NCBI GenBank assembly: GCA_017504205.1 | Contig: JAFVRO010000017.1 | Location: 11,743 to 75,742, forward strand | Reading direction: 5' to 3' | Source: Clostridia bacterium | GTDB taxonomy: Bacteria > Bacillota > Clostridia > Oscillospirales > CAG-272 | Length of the DNA: 64,000 nucleotides | In this document: piece by piece, positions 1-9,640 of the stretch | Layout of the letters: every line of letters begins with the position of its first letter | Numbering within the stretch: the first letter of the stretch is position 1 | Translations under genes and position numbers: made by a program | The notes under the pieces: model-generated | The model's database searches: none | The model's input: only the letters and a program-made list of their open reading frames with translations | Told to the model about the DNA's origin: nothing

Positions 1-2
1 AG

Positions 3-3000
3 GTGGAAATTAATCACCTCGTAAGCATTGTTGGTAACTTCGAGACCTCACGCAAGGCGTTGATAGAATGTCAGAACGCGGATTGCTGGAAGGATATTAA
101 GATCGTCGCAATAAGCCTTGAAACACGCGCAATGCTTGAGCGCGCCTTCAAGCCTGCGGCAGAGGCTCTTGCAAGCCTCTCAGAGCTTTTGGCAAGTCTC
201 AACGAGCAAACCAATGCAGGACTTGCACCCGGAGTATCTGAGCTTGACGGCTTTAAGACACTCGTTGATGCCATAGTAAAATATTCCGATCTTCCCAAGG
301 CACTTATGTCCCGAAGCAACGAGGATCTTGACACTCTTGCACAGAGTGCGATAGTTCTCAAAGATACCTTCGAAAGGGAACATAGAATAGTAGACGAACT
401 TACTGCTGCCTTTAATACCATCGATATTGATTTCAACGCGTGGCTTGATCGCCTGACAGAACTTTACAACGCATACCGTACCGTAACCACGGGACTTCCT
501 GCGGCAGAGACGCCCGATGCCGCCGCCCTTGCCGCACTCGTATCTTCCGCGTCGGAGAATATCGGTATATGCACCGACCTTAAGACGTTGGCACAGGATA
601 TGGATAAGGAGGAGGCAGATTTTGCATCTCTCACCGAAATATTCAAGACCACCGATCCCTCCAAACCTGAGGTGCTTTCCTCCAAGCTTGAATACAGACG
701 CCTTATGTCAAGCGTCATAACACTTGCAAAGGACGCAATGCGCATAGCGAAATTTATTACGGTAGATCCCGCCGATACCGAAAGATGTACCAAGGCATTT
801 GAGGCGCTTAAGGACTTCTCAGGTGATATATCAAGATTTGCGCGTATAAAGAGCGAGCTTTCAAAAAGATGGCGCAGTGAGATCTTCTCAGCAGACCTTA
901 AAGAGATCTACGATAGATTTACTTCAAGATATACCGAACTCTTTAATCCCTACGACGAGGACTTCCGCCGCGACGCGAGATACTTGAGAAGCTTTGCCAA
1001 GGAGTATGTCAATATTGCAGACATCAGCTCTTTTGTGACCGACCTTCAGAATATATTTGAGGTCGCAAAATGTGAGCGTATGCTCAGAGATAAGGGCGAA
1101 ATATATGCCGATCTCTTCGGAAGCATATTCAACGGCATAGATACCGACCTTGAAATTCTCAAGCTTTCGGTCAACTATTCGTACTCACTTAACAGACTCT
1201 TCGGCGGAAACGTCCCCGAAAGAATACGCAATATGCATCAGAACGGACTTGCCCCGTCTATCGTCGCAAGATTTGTCAATGCAGGTAATATTGATATTGC
1301 CGACAAGACCGACAAGCTTACCGCGATGCTTGATAAGGTTTCCTTTAACTCAACAAATGCTGCAGGCTTATCGGTAACCGATAAGATAACGGGCTATACG
1401 GACAAACTCAGCGCTGTTTGTAACGAGACCGTCAAGTCTTATTCCGACTCGGGCGTATTGGCAGACAAGGATCCCGCACAGGTGCTTGCCTGCGTTAAAG
1501 ACTACCTTGGACTAGGCGGCTATCTAACAACCGTGTATTCAAATATAGGTGTTGATAGAGTAAACACGCTGATTGGTATTCTTGGGGATGCTTACCAAGG
1601 TGATAGAACTGATTGGGATAGTGTTATTTCCTCAATTGAAAAAGCGAAAGCGCTCGCGGATGAAACGTGCGCAGATCAGTGTGTCTCTATCCTTTCGGGC
1701 GCAGACTCCGTTTCCGATCTCGTAGCCCTCTGCACCTCCGCAAAGACGGCGTGTGATAGCATAAACGCAACCGTCGGTGCCGCAACGGATATGTTCTATA
1801 ACTCCGAAAATCTTACCGCTATGAGCGTTCAGGAGCTTGGAGCAAGACTTACCGCGTGCCTTGAGTCCTTTACCTCACTCAGAGCTATAGTCGATTACAG
1901 GGCCTCCAAGAGTGAGATGACAAACGCAGGACTTGCGGCGTTTGCGAATGCCGCGGAAAGAGAAAACTGTGTTGACGGTATTGTGAAGGCGTTCAAGGTC
2001 GAGCTTTATAAGCTTTGGCTTGACGGTCAGCGCAAGCACCATAACGTTACCTCTATCCCCGACAGAAGTCGCCATAACGCTATCAACGAGGAGTTCGAAA
2101 CACTCGACTCCGCACAGTTCACCGTGGCAAGAAGACGCATCAGAAAGAAGGTTCTCGACGGTATCCCCAGCGTTACTAACCCCACTCACGAAATGCGCCT
2201 GCTTCTTGAAGAGGTAAACAATTCCAAGCATTCCTATTCGATACGAAGACTTCTCAAGCATACAGTCGACGTGCTTCCGCTTCTCAAGCCTTGTATGATG
2301 ATGTCACCGCAGTCCGTTTCATTCTACCTTGAAAGCGCCGGCAGTGACAAATCATATAAATTCGATATGGTAGTCTTTGACGAGGCATCCCAGGTGCTTC
2401 CCGAACACGCAATAAGCGCGCTTATCAGGGCAAATCAGGCGATAATTGTCGGAGATACCAAGCAGATGCCGCCGTCTCAGCTCTTTATGCTCGGCGCATC
2501 CGATACCGAAAGTCAGAATACCATCACCATCGGTGAGGGCGGCGTAGTTACCGTTGAAAGCAATGGGCAGTCCGAGCAGACCGCATCGTCCAATCAACCC
2601 TCAGCACTCGATCTTGCGCTTCAGGCATCGGGCAAAAAGGACGAGGACGACGGACTTCTCAGTACCGACAACTCCGCCTCTATCCTTGAGGAGACAAAGA
2701 ATGCTCTCGACTCCTACTCCCTCATCTGGCACTACCGCAGCCGCTACGAGCAGCTTATCTCCTTCTCCAATGACAGATGGTACCATAGCCTCGTCACATT
2801 CCCCGAAGCGGTTACAGGCGAAAGAGATACGGGCGTTGAGTATATCAAGGTCACCGACGGTATGTATCGCGGCGGTTCAAGCATGCGAAATAACCCCCGT
2901 GAGGCGGTCGAGTGCGTAAAGCAGATCATCCGCCATATGAACCTCTATCCCGACAGATCCCTCGGCGTTATCGCGATGAACGTCTCTCAGGCAGAGCTTA

Positions 3001-3863
3001 TCGAGAATATCCTTCTTAAGTTCCGCGCCGCAAATACCGAATACGAGCCCTTCTTCAGTGAGGACAGATCCGAACCCTTCTTCATCAAGAGCGTGGAAAA
3101 TATCCAGGGTGACGAAAGAGATACCATTATCTTCAGTACCACCTACGGCCTTGACGAAAACGGCAAGTTCAAAAAGATATTCGGTTCACTTTCCGCCCCG
3201 GGAGGAGAAAGACGACTCAACGTTGCCGTCACTCGCTCCAAGGGTAACTTCAAGGTCGTAACAAGCCTTACTCCCGAAATGTTCGGCTCGTCCGAGTCCC
3301 TGACGAATGAAGGCACGAAGATCCTTTACGAATATATCAAGTACGCCCGTGATATCGCTCCCCGTCCTATGGCAGAGAACTTTACCGAGGTCGGAGATGA
3401 AATAATTTACACACCCGATATCGCTCAGGATACCGATACTCAGGACGTTACCTTCGTTCAGACCGCAGATACCGCTCAGGACGCAAATGCGGAAGCAGAG
3501 CAGACGCCTGAGTTCGTAGCTCCCAAAACTGCAACGGATTCAGTTGTTGGGCTTATAGGCGAATTCCTTGAGTCACAGGGCTATAAGATCAGATACAGCG
3601 TCGGTAACTCACTTAAATATACAGTAGATATCGCTGTCTGCGATCCCGACGACGAAAGTCACTATATCGCAGGAATCGAATGCGACGGATACGTCTACGG
3701 AAGAGCCCGTACTGCCCGCGACAGAGACAGACTCAAGCGTCAGGTGCTCCGCAGAATGGGCTGGAATATGTACCGTATCTGGTCAACCGACTGGATAATC
3801 GATAGCGAGACCGAGAAAAACGAGCTCGTTAAATATCTTTCAGGCCTCAGACAAAGCGTCTGA
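3..3863 (+). CDS. Upf1-like SF1 DNA/RNA helicase (5'-truncated at window edge) with C-terminal DUF559/MTES-type endonuclease-like domain
   Basis: The ORF is open to the window edge. Helicase motifs present: KPCMMMSPQSV, FDMVVFDEASQ (motif II), IIVGDTKQMPPS (III), IQGDERDTIIFS (V), RRLNVAVTRSK (VI). Walker A must lie upstream of the window. After an acidic linker, the C-terminal ~100 aa (YTVDIAVCDP..IECDGYVYG..ARDRDRLKRQVLRRMGWNMYRIWSTDW) looks like the restriction-endonuclease-like module of DUF4011-family helicases. Confidence 0.8.
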   Translation: MEINHLVSIVGNFETSRKALIECQNADCWKDIKIVAISLETRAMLERAFKPAAEALASLSELLASLNEQTNAGLAPGVSELDGFKTLVDAIVKYSDLPKALMSRSNEDLDTLAQSAIVLKDTFEREHRIVDELTAAFNTIDIDFNAWLDRLTELYNAYRTVTTGLPAAETPDAAALAALVSSASENIGICTDLKTLAQDMDKEEADFASLTEIFKTTDPSKPEVLSSKLEYRRLMSSVITLAKDAMRIAKFITVDPADTERCTKAFEALKDFSGDISRFARIKSELSKRWRSEIFSADLKEIYDRFTSRYTELFNPYDEDFRRDARYLRSFAKEYVNIADISSFVTDLQNIFEVAKCERMLRDKGEIYADLFGSIFNGIDTDLEILKLSVNYSYSLNRLFGGNVPERIRNMHQNGLAPSIVARFVNAGNIDIADKTDKLTAMLDKVSFNSTNAAGLSVTDKITGYTDKLSAVCNETVKSYSDSGVLADKDPAQVLACVKDYLGLGGYLTTVYSNIGVDRVNTLIGILGDAYQGDRTDWDSVISSIEKAKALADETCADQCVSILSGADSVSDLVALCTSAKTACDSINATVGAATDMFYNSENLTAMSVQELGARLTACLESFTSLRAIVDYRASKSEMTNAGLAAFANAAERENCVDGIVKAFKVELYKLWLDGQRKHHNVTSIPDRSRHNAINEEFETLDSAQFTVARRRIRKKVLDGIPSVTNPTHEMRLLLEEVNNSKHSYSIRRLLKHTVDVLPLLKPCMMMSPQSVSFYLESAGSDKSYKFDMVVFDEASQVLPEHAISALIRANQAIIVGDTKQMPPSQLFMLGASDTESQNTITIGEGGVVTVESNGQSEQTASSNQPSALDLALQASGKKDEDDGLLSTDNSASILEETKNALDSYSLIWHYRSRYEQLISFSNDRWYHSLVTFPEAVTGERDTGVEYIKVTDGMYRGGSSMRNNPREAVECVKQIIRHMNLYPDRSLGVIAMNVSQAELIENILLKFRAANTEYEPFFSEDRSEPFFIKSVENIQGDERDTIIFSTTYGLDENGKFKKIFGSLSAPGGERRLNVAVTRSKGNFKVVTSLTPEMFGSSESLTNEGTKILYEYIKYARDIAPRPMAENFTEVGDEIIYTPDIAQDTDTQDVTFVQTADTAQDANAEAEQTPEFVAPKTATDSVVGLIGEFLESQGYKIRYSVGNSLKYTVDIAVCDPDDESHYIAGIECDGYVYGRARTARDRDRLKRQVLRRMGWNMYRIWSTDWIIDSETEKNELVKYLSGLRQSV

Positions 3864-3900
3864 TCTAAACCTTTACATTTATGAAAGGAACGGTTAAGCT

Positions 3901-5757
3901 ATGTTAATTAACGATATAGAAAACGAAATAAACGCTCCGATTGGCACGGAAGATACTGCTGCGTCCGATTGGTCGGACGAGTGGGAGAGCGACGGTAACG
4001 AGGACCGTAGTGTCGGTGAGCAGGAGCCGATATCTGCCTCTGCGGATAATAAGCTTACTCCTACGTCCGCTACCTGGATCAATACTGACTCCGTCGAAAA
4101 TGAGGACGACGGTGCAATAGTCTCCGGAACAGTACTCTGTAACGAGTATCGCGTTCTCAAGCCCATGAACGTAAATACGGGCGAGGCAAGCCTTTATACC
4201 TGTGTTAAGGCAGACGCATCGTCTGATACGAAATACGTCGCAAAGGTGTACCGTCGCTTGCGCTCCGTTAAGCCCGAGGTGACACAAAAATTGCTCTCAA
4301 TGAACTCACCGTATGTAGCACCTCTGTACCTTGTAGGTGAGCACAGAGGCTTCTCGGTCGAGATCATCCCATACTACGCTCAAGGCTCTCTTGCAGGTGC
4401 GACCATCAGCGCGGACGATCTGAAAAGCTTCGTAATTCCCGCACTCAACGAAGGTCTCCACGCCCTTCATACCAACGGTATCATACATAAAGATATCAAG
4501 CCTTCAAATATAATGCTTAACGATACCAATGACGGCGTGGTTCTTATAGACTTCGGTATAAGCTCGGTAAAAGGTCCCGAAAGCACCGTCGTGGTTACAC
4601 AAACGGGTATGACCCCGGAGTATTCCGCCCCCGAGACCTTCAGAAATATCTTCCTTGAAGAGAGCGACTACTACTCTATGGGTATAACCCTCTACGAGCT
4701 TTTCTGCGGAACTACTCCGTTCAAGGCATCGGGCGCATCCCCCTTCTCAAATATGGGCGAGGACGAGATAGCTCAGCTTGCCTTCACGAATAAACTGCCT
4801 TTCCCGCCGGAAATGCCCAAGGATCTGCAAAACCTTATCAGCGGACTAACCTATTTTGATATTTCAAACCGTAAGGATAAATCAAATCCCGATAGAAGAT
4901 GGACTTACGATGATGTAAAGGCGTGGCTTGACGGCTCCTCTCCGCTTCTCCCCGGAGATAGCGGATTTGATCCCGGCGCTATGCCCGCATTCGACTTTGG
5001 CGGTAAACAATACGATACCCTCGAAGGAATAATAAACGCCCTTGCCTCCGACTGGGAGCAGGGCAAGAATACCGTGTTCGGTAAACGCGACCTTCTCAAA
5101 GAGTATTTTGATAAGGTAGCTCCCACAAAATCAAAGATCTGCGAAAACGCGACACAAAGTGTGCGAGGCGGAGCTGACCCCGACGTAGCCTTTTCAAAGC
5201 TTCTCGGAGATCTGTCTCCCTCAAGTCCCGCCCTTTATTGGAAGGGAAACTCATATACCAATGCCAAAAAGCTCGGCGAAAAACTTTTTGATCTGCTCGA
5301 CAATAACGCCGATACGTCCTCTGAGTCGGATCTCATCTCATCAGGCGCGCTTGAAGCGTACTTTGAAAGAGTATACTCAGGCAACAATGAGGCAATAGAC
5401 GCGGTTAAAAGCGCACAGAAGATGCTCACCTCCGCTAAGGATGACTCGGCAAGAAAAGCCGCTCTTTACAGTGTAGCATACCTCACCACGGGTTATATGA
5501 AGGTGAAGATAGCGGATAAGGAGTTCACGAGCGTAGACGAGATCGCCGCCTATATGCGCGCTCTTGCAGATACCTCGTTTGACGCGCTCCGTGAATTTGC
5601 TTACAGTATCGTTGACGTAAGCCTCAACGTCTGCCCGCAGCTCAGAGGCTGGGCGCTCGTTACGGATAAGACCGCAGATATCGAAGCGTGGGAAACCAAA
5701 TTCGGCATGAAGGGAAAAGCTCCCTCCAAAAAATCCCGTACTAAACAAAAGCCATAA
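3901..5757 (+). CDS. Soluble Hanks-type Ser/Thr protein kinase with uncharacterised ~300-aa C-terminal domain
   Basis: Kinase motifs present: YVAKVY (catalytic Lys), HKDIKPSNIML (catalytic loop), DFGIS, TPEYSAPE. The Gly-rich loop is degenerate. No TM segment or PASTA repeats. Starts 37 nt after the helicase stop. Confidence 0.85.
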   Translation: MLINDIENEINAPIGTEDTAASDWSDEWESDGNEDRSVGEQEPISASADNKLTPTSATWINTDSVENEDDGAIVSGTVLCNEYRVLKPMNVNTGEASLYTCVKADASSDTKYVAKVYRRLRSVKPEVTQKLLSMNSPYVAPLYLVGEHRGFSVEIIPYYAQGSLAGATISADDLKSFVIPALNEGLHALHTNGIIHKDIKPSNIMLNDTNDGVVLIDFGISSVKGPESTVVVTQTGMTPEYSAPETFRNIFLEESDYYSMGITLYELFCGTTPFKASGASPFSNMGEDEIAQLAFTNKLPFPPEMPKDLQNLISGLTYFDISNRKDKSNPDRRWTYDDVKAWLDGSSPLLPGDSGFDPGAMPAFDFGGKQYDTLEGIINALASDWEQGKNTVFGKRDLLKEYFDKVAPTKSKICENATQSVRGGADPDVAFSKLLGDLSPSSPALYWKGNSYTNAKKLGEKLFDLLDNNADTSSESDLISSGALEAYFERVYSGNNEAIDAVKSAQKMLTSAKDDSARKAALYSVAYLTTGYMKVKIADKEFTSVDEIAAYMRALADTSFDALREFAYSIVDVSLNVCPQLRGWALVTDKTADIEAWETKFGMKGKAPSKKSRTKQKP

Positions 5758-5768
5758 CCGCAAGAGAG

Positions 5769-6737
5769 GTGACTAAATTGAAAAAATACAAAGTATGCCC
5801 GCTTTGCGAGGAAAAAAACGAGCCCGACGCATTGGTTTGCTCGGTGTGCGAGCTTCCGCTTGACGATGTCGAGCCTATTGAAGAAGGGGAGGAAAATGCT
5901 CCCGATACGCCTGTGAACCCGGAGCCCGAAACAAAATCTTCAACGGAAGAAGCGACCACTCCCGAAGCTCCCGTAACTGAAAGCGAACCTGAGATAAAGC
6001 CCCTTCACGTTATAAGTGATGACGATCTCGATGCTCTTCTTGATTCAAGCTGGGATGCCACTGAGTCAGAGCCCGAATCCAAGCCTGAGCCCGAATCCAA
6101 GCCTGAGCCCGAATTCAAGCCTGAGCCCGAATCCAAGCCTGAGCCCGAACCGGCACCGAAACCCGACCCCAAACCCAAGAGCGCACCGAGGAAAAAGCCC
6201 CAAAAGGAAATTGAAGATTCCGGAGTTTCCTTCGCAGACAAAAAGCGCTCAACGGGTAACGCTTCATACGTTATAAACTGCGATTGCGGTCACGCGAATC
6301 CTTTCGGAAGCATTCAATGCGAGGTTTGCGGCGAATACATCGGTAATCTGAGACCGCAGATGGTACGCTCTGATGGAGATAGCACCGCTACCGATACCGC
6401 AGTATTCCTTGTCGAGGCTGAGGAGATCACCGCATACGTCGAAATGATGGATATCCCGGGGAAGGACGTTATCGTCATCGGAAGACAGACCAACTTCAAA
6501 AAATATCTCGAAAATAAAACCTACGTCAGCCGTAAGCACCTCCGCTTATTCATTAAAGAAGGAAAGCTTTACGCAGAGGATCTTGGCTCAACCAACGGTA
6601 CGTTTATCGACGGTGCGCGCTTAAGACCTAAAACAACGGTTCTTCTGAAGGACGGAGCAAGATTCGTACTCGGGGGCCTTGGATCAGGCGATGGCGCAAG
6701 ATGCGTTGCCGCATTTACCGTGCGCCGTGTAAACTGA
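5769..6737 (+). CDS. Double zinc-ribbon / PEPESK-repeat / FHA-domain protein
   Basis: Contains CPLCEEKNEPDALVCSVCELP and CDCGH..CEVCGEY zinc ribbons. The C-terminal FHA signature is VIGRQ..YVSRKHLRL..DLGSTNGTFIDG. Starts 12 nt after the kinase stop. An alternative TTG start at 5778 has better spacing from the GAGAGG RBS. Confidence 0.85.
   Translation: MTKLKKYKVCPLCEEKNEPDALVCSVCELPLDDVEPIEEGEENAPDTPVNPEPETKSSTEEATTPEAPVTESEPEIKPLHVISDDDLDALLDSSWDATESEPESKPEPESKPEPEFKPEPESKPEPEPAPKPDPKPKSAPRKKPQKEIEDSGVSFADKKRSTGNASYVINCDCGHANPFGSIQCEVCGEYIGNLRPQMVRSDGDSTATDTAVFLVEAEEITAYVEMMDIPGKDVIVIGRQTNFKKYLENKTYVSRKHLRLFIKEGKLYAEDLGSTNGTFIDGARLRPKTTVLLKDGARFVLGGLGSGDGARCVAAFTVRRVN
6069..6150 (+). repeat. 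In-frame 18-bp tandem repeat (gagcccgaatccaagcct, about 4 copies) encoding PEPESK units
   Basis: Direct reading gives units at 6069, 6087, 6105 (one substitution, gaattc) and 6123, degenerating after 6141. Confidence 0.9.
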
Positions 6738-6838
6738 CCGCGTGACATCTTAAATTATAAGTTTGGAATATTTTCATCAATAAAGGTAATATTGGCATAA
6801 GTTAAAAAAAAATAAAACAAATTTGTGCATTTTGCATA

Positions 6839-6867
6839 TTGCATAATTTGATATAATATGCTATAAT
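6839..6867 (+). promoter_or_regulatory. Putative sigma-A promoter of the LytTR regulator gene
   Basis: TTGCAT - 17 nt - TATAAT. It is preceded by reiterated TGCAT motifs (gtgcattttgcatattgcat). Confidence 0.5.
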
Positions 6868-6909
6868 ACGCACGAACAGAACGAAAAACGAAAAACGGAG
6901 AGATTTAGT

Positions 6910-7617
6910 ATGTTCAAGGTAGCCATTTGCGATGATAGCCGAGCAGGCATTTCGGATCTGGTCATGTGGATCCGGGAGCTTGCAGACGAAATATCGTTGG
7001 AGGCGACCGTTGAGGTCTTCAGAAGTTATAAGACATTATTGAAAGCTATGTCCGAACAGGAATATAAGCTTTTGATATTGGAAACTTCAATGGGAGACAG
7101 TAGTGGAATAGAATTTGCCCGTAGACTCAGACGTGGCGGGTTCCGTGCGGAGATAATTTTCTACACAAAGGATCCGGAAGCCGCGCTTGAGGCTTATAGT
7201 GCCTATCCCTCTGCTTATGTACTAAAGCCCGCCTCAAAGAAGAAATTCAGAGAGCCGTTTCGCTATGTAACAGAGAAATATCGCAAAAAGCCATCCGTCG
7301 TATTAAAAACGCGGGAGGGTGAGCGTGTTTCAGTAAGCGTCGAAAACATTTGTTATGTAGAGGTGTTTCGTACTGAGCTCGATGTGCATTGTGTCGACGG
7401 AGTTGAGGTATACGTCGGATCACTTTCCGAGGTGCTTCGTCAGCTTCCGCAAGCGCAATTCTATCGTTCACACCGAAGCTTCATCGTAAATCTTGAGTTC
7501 GTTTCCCGAATAGGAAAGTACTTCTTTACAATGTTGAACGGTGATAAGGTCGCCATCGCAAAGAATCGATACGCCGAGGCAAAGGCGAAATTCGAGGACT
7601 TTGTGGGTAGTGTTTGA
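6910..7617 (+). CDS. LytTR-family response regulator (REC + LytTR), orphan, with atypical receiver
   Basis: N-terminal REC features: ICDDS acidic pair, IIFYT, YVLKP. The C-terminal LytTR region is ICYVEV..FYRSHRSFIVNL. The phospho-acceptor position reads LLILE(58)TSMGD, with codon GAA at 7081-7083. RBS is GGAGAG. Confidence 0.85.
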   Translation: MFKVAICDDSRAGISDLVMWIRELADEISLEATVEVFRSYKTLLKAMSEQEYKLLILETSMGDSSGIEFARRLRRGGFRAEIIFYTKDPEAALEAYSAYPSAYVLKPASKKKFREPFRYVTEKYRKKPSVVLKTREGERVSVSVENICYVEVFRTELDVHCVDGVEVYVGSLSEVLRQLPQAQFYRSHRSFIVNLEFVSRIGKYFFTMLNGDKVAIAKNRYAEAKAKFEDFVGSV

Positions 7618-7917
7618 AAGGAGGGCTAAACCGACAGACAATATCCTGTCGCAAAACAAAAGCTTAATAGCAAAGTGGCGCGGCAAGAACGGTGCCTTAA
7701 AAGTCTGAACGGGCTTAATGTACCGGAAGGTTCTGCGCACGGTGAAAAACCGAAAATTGCACTTAGTGTGCAGATCGCAACTCAACAGACGCAAAATCGC
7801 AAAAAAAGCGACAAGTTGTCCCATTCGTATCAAATATGACCCGTTCATACTAAAGTATGGAAAAACAAAAGGAAATAGTGTACAATAGTACCACAAAACT
7901 AATTTAGGAGGCTAATT

Positions 7918-9597
7918 ATGCTTAAATCCAATAACAAATTTACAAGCGCAATAAAGAGCATTGCTATCGTTCTCGCATTGGTTGCAGTGCTTGTAATGAG
8001 TCTTGCAGGTTGTACAGACGAAGAAGCTCGCCAGATGGCAACAGACGCCGCTAATAAGGCAAACGCAGCTGTTACTCAGGCACAGCTCAATGATGCTGTA
8101 TCCGCAGCTCTTGCAGATTACGCTAAGAAGACCGACGTAATGACCCAGGACGGCGTTGCTACCGTAGTTACTGATGCTCTCAAAGACTACGCTAAGACCG
8201 CTGACGTTCTCACAATGGCTCAGGTAGAGACCGCTATCAAAACCGCTCTCGCTGACCGCTACACCAAGACTGAAGTTGACGCTCTCATCTCCGGCCTTAA
8301 GACAGAGCTCCAGAAGCTTGTTAACGATCAGGCTACCGAACTCAAAAACTATGCTGATGGCAAGATTGACATCGCTACATGGAACGAGCTTACCGGTACA
8401 TACCAGGATCTTGATAACACCAAGACTGTTGTTGGTGCTTGCAAGGCAGTAGACTATTTGCTCGCTACTGTTGAGGCTAACAAAGCAAGCTACACCAAGG
8501 CTAACTATGATCTCGCAGTTTCTCTTTGCGAGGCTGCAAAGGTTCGCTACATCAGAGCTACCACCCTTGGCGATCTCAATGTTGATGAACTCGAGAATGA
8601 AATTGATGAAATTCCCACCATCTACTCTGAGGCACTCGCAGTTGCTGCTCTCATGGCAGAAATCCCCGTTCCTATGACCACTGCTGATGCTCACCAGGAA
8701 GCTCTTAAGAAGGCAGAGGATGCTTTCGCTAAGTGGCTCAATGATTACCCCACCGCTACTGAGGACATTTTCAAGTCCAAGGTTTCCGGCGAGAAATATG
8801 ATGGCGAGGAGCTCCTCGGCAGAACCGAATATGCAAGAACCAAGCTTGACACTATCCTTGTTCCTGCATACACTGCACTCAACAACGAAATTGAAAAGTA
8901 CATCACTGATGGTAAGGGTATTGCTCTTCCCACAACCCCCGATGCAGCTGCTATTCTTGATTCCGTAGTTGCTAAGGTTGTTATCGGCGATGAGCTTGCT
9001 CTCGGAAACATTTTCAAACTCTACAATGACTTCGTAGGTGTTGTTCACGTAGGTCTCAACAGCTACACTGAAGATACTTTCAACGATAACAACGGTTCCG
9101 CAGACAACAGAATTCCTTATTGGTCTGTAGTTGAGGCTTGCTTCGAAGCTCTCAATGTTGCAAGATTCAACGAGTTGAAGACTCTTCTTATCGCTGATAT
9201 CAACGGTGAGATGAAGGAAATCGTAAAAACTCTTAAGGACAGAGCAGATAACATGGAGAATGACATTCTTCGTAACGCTATCGCTACCCTTGAGCACGAT
9301 ATGGTATCTTGCATCAACGATCTTGTATATGACGCTAATAAGTACACCGGTGCTGATTACCAGAAGAGATTTGAGGTTGCAGCTGCACATGTAGCTAATA
9401 TCTCCGCTGCTATTACCGACACTGAAGCAACCGGTACTACCGAAGCTACCGTTGGTGTTCTCCAGACACTCGTTAATGACTATGATGCACTTATTACTGC
9501 TGGCAAGACCTATGCCGAGGCTAACGCAACCCTTGAGGCTGCTATCGAGGCTGCTATGACTAAGGTTGAGAGTGCTGTTGCATATCCTGCAAACTAA
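7918..9597 (+). CDS. Ala-rich all-helical lipoprotein of unknown function
   Basis: Strong RBS (TAGGAGG). Signal peptide with lipobox SLAGC. Repeated DYAK(K/T)xDV / YTKTEVDAL motifs. Codon choice looks biased, and a strong terminator follows. Confidence 0.75.
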   Translation: MLKSNNKFTSAIKSIAIVLALVAVLVMSLAGCTDEEARQMATDAANKANAAVTQAQLNDAVSAALADYAKKTDVMTQDGVATVVTDALKDYAKTADVLTMAQVETAIKTALADRYTKTEVDALISGLKTELQKLVNDQATELKNYADGKIDIATWNELTGTYQDLDNTKTVVGACKAVDYLLATVEANKASYTKANYDLAVSLCEAAKVRYIRATTLGDLNVDELENEIDEIPTIYSEALAVAALMAEIPVPMTTADAHQEALKKAEDAFAKWLNDYPTATEDIFKSKVSGEKYDGEELLGRTEYARTKLDTILVPAYTALNNEIEKYITDGKGIALPTTPDAAAILDSVVAKVVIGDELALGNIFKLYNDFVGVVHVGLNSYTEDTFNDNNGSADNRIPYWSVVEACFEALNVARFNELKTLLIADINGEMKEIVKTLKDRADNMENDILRNAIATLEHDMVSCINDLVYDANKYTGADYQKRFEVAAAHVANISAAITDTEATGTTEATVGVLQTLVNDYDALITAGKTYAEANATLEAAIEAAMTKVESAVAYPAN

Positions 9598-9640
9598 GTT
9601 ATAACAAATAACTGAAGAAGGTAACACCTTCTGAATAATA

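Noticed and set aside
6005-6276. Possibility that the periodic 18-bp repeats are a CRISPR-like or non-coding array, with two alternative-frame ORFs across them
   Set aside because: The repeats are contiguous with no spacers, lie in frame inside a long ORF with zinc-ribbon and FHA domains, and encode a coherent PEPESK linker. The alternative-frame ORFs are repeat-generated artefacts.
7618-7917. Possible riboswitch or sRNA in the 300-nt gap before the lipoprotein gene
   Set aside because: I looked for c-di-GMP, T-box and other familiar consensus cores and saw only short, unconvincing hairpins. I cannot exclude one without an Infernal/Rfam scan, so I am not calling a feature.
7912-9627. 571-aa ORF on the minus strand mirroring the lipoprotein gene
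   Set aside because: The product is Cys/Ser/Asn/Val-rich low complexity with no RBS or recognisable domain. The plus-strand frame has an RBS, a lipoprotein signal peptide and a terminator. The stop-free antisense frame is a by-product of the GCN/NNC-biased codon usage of the real gene.
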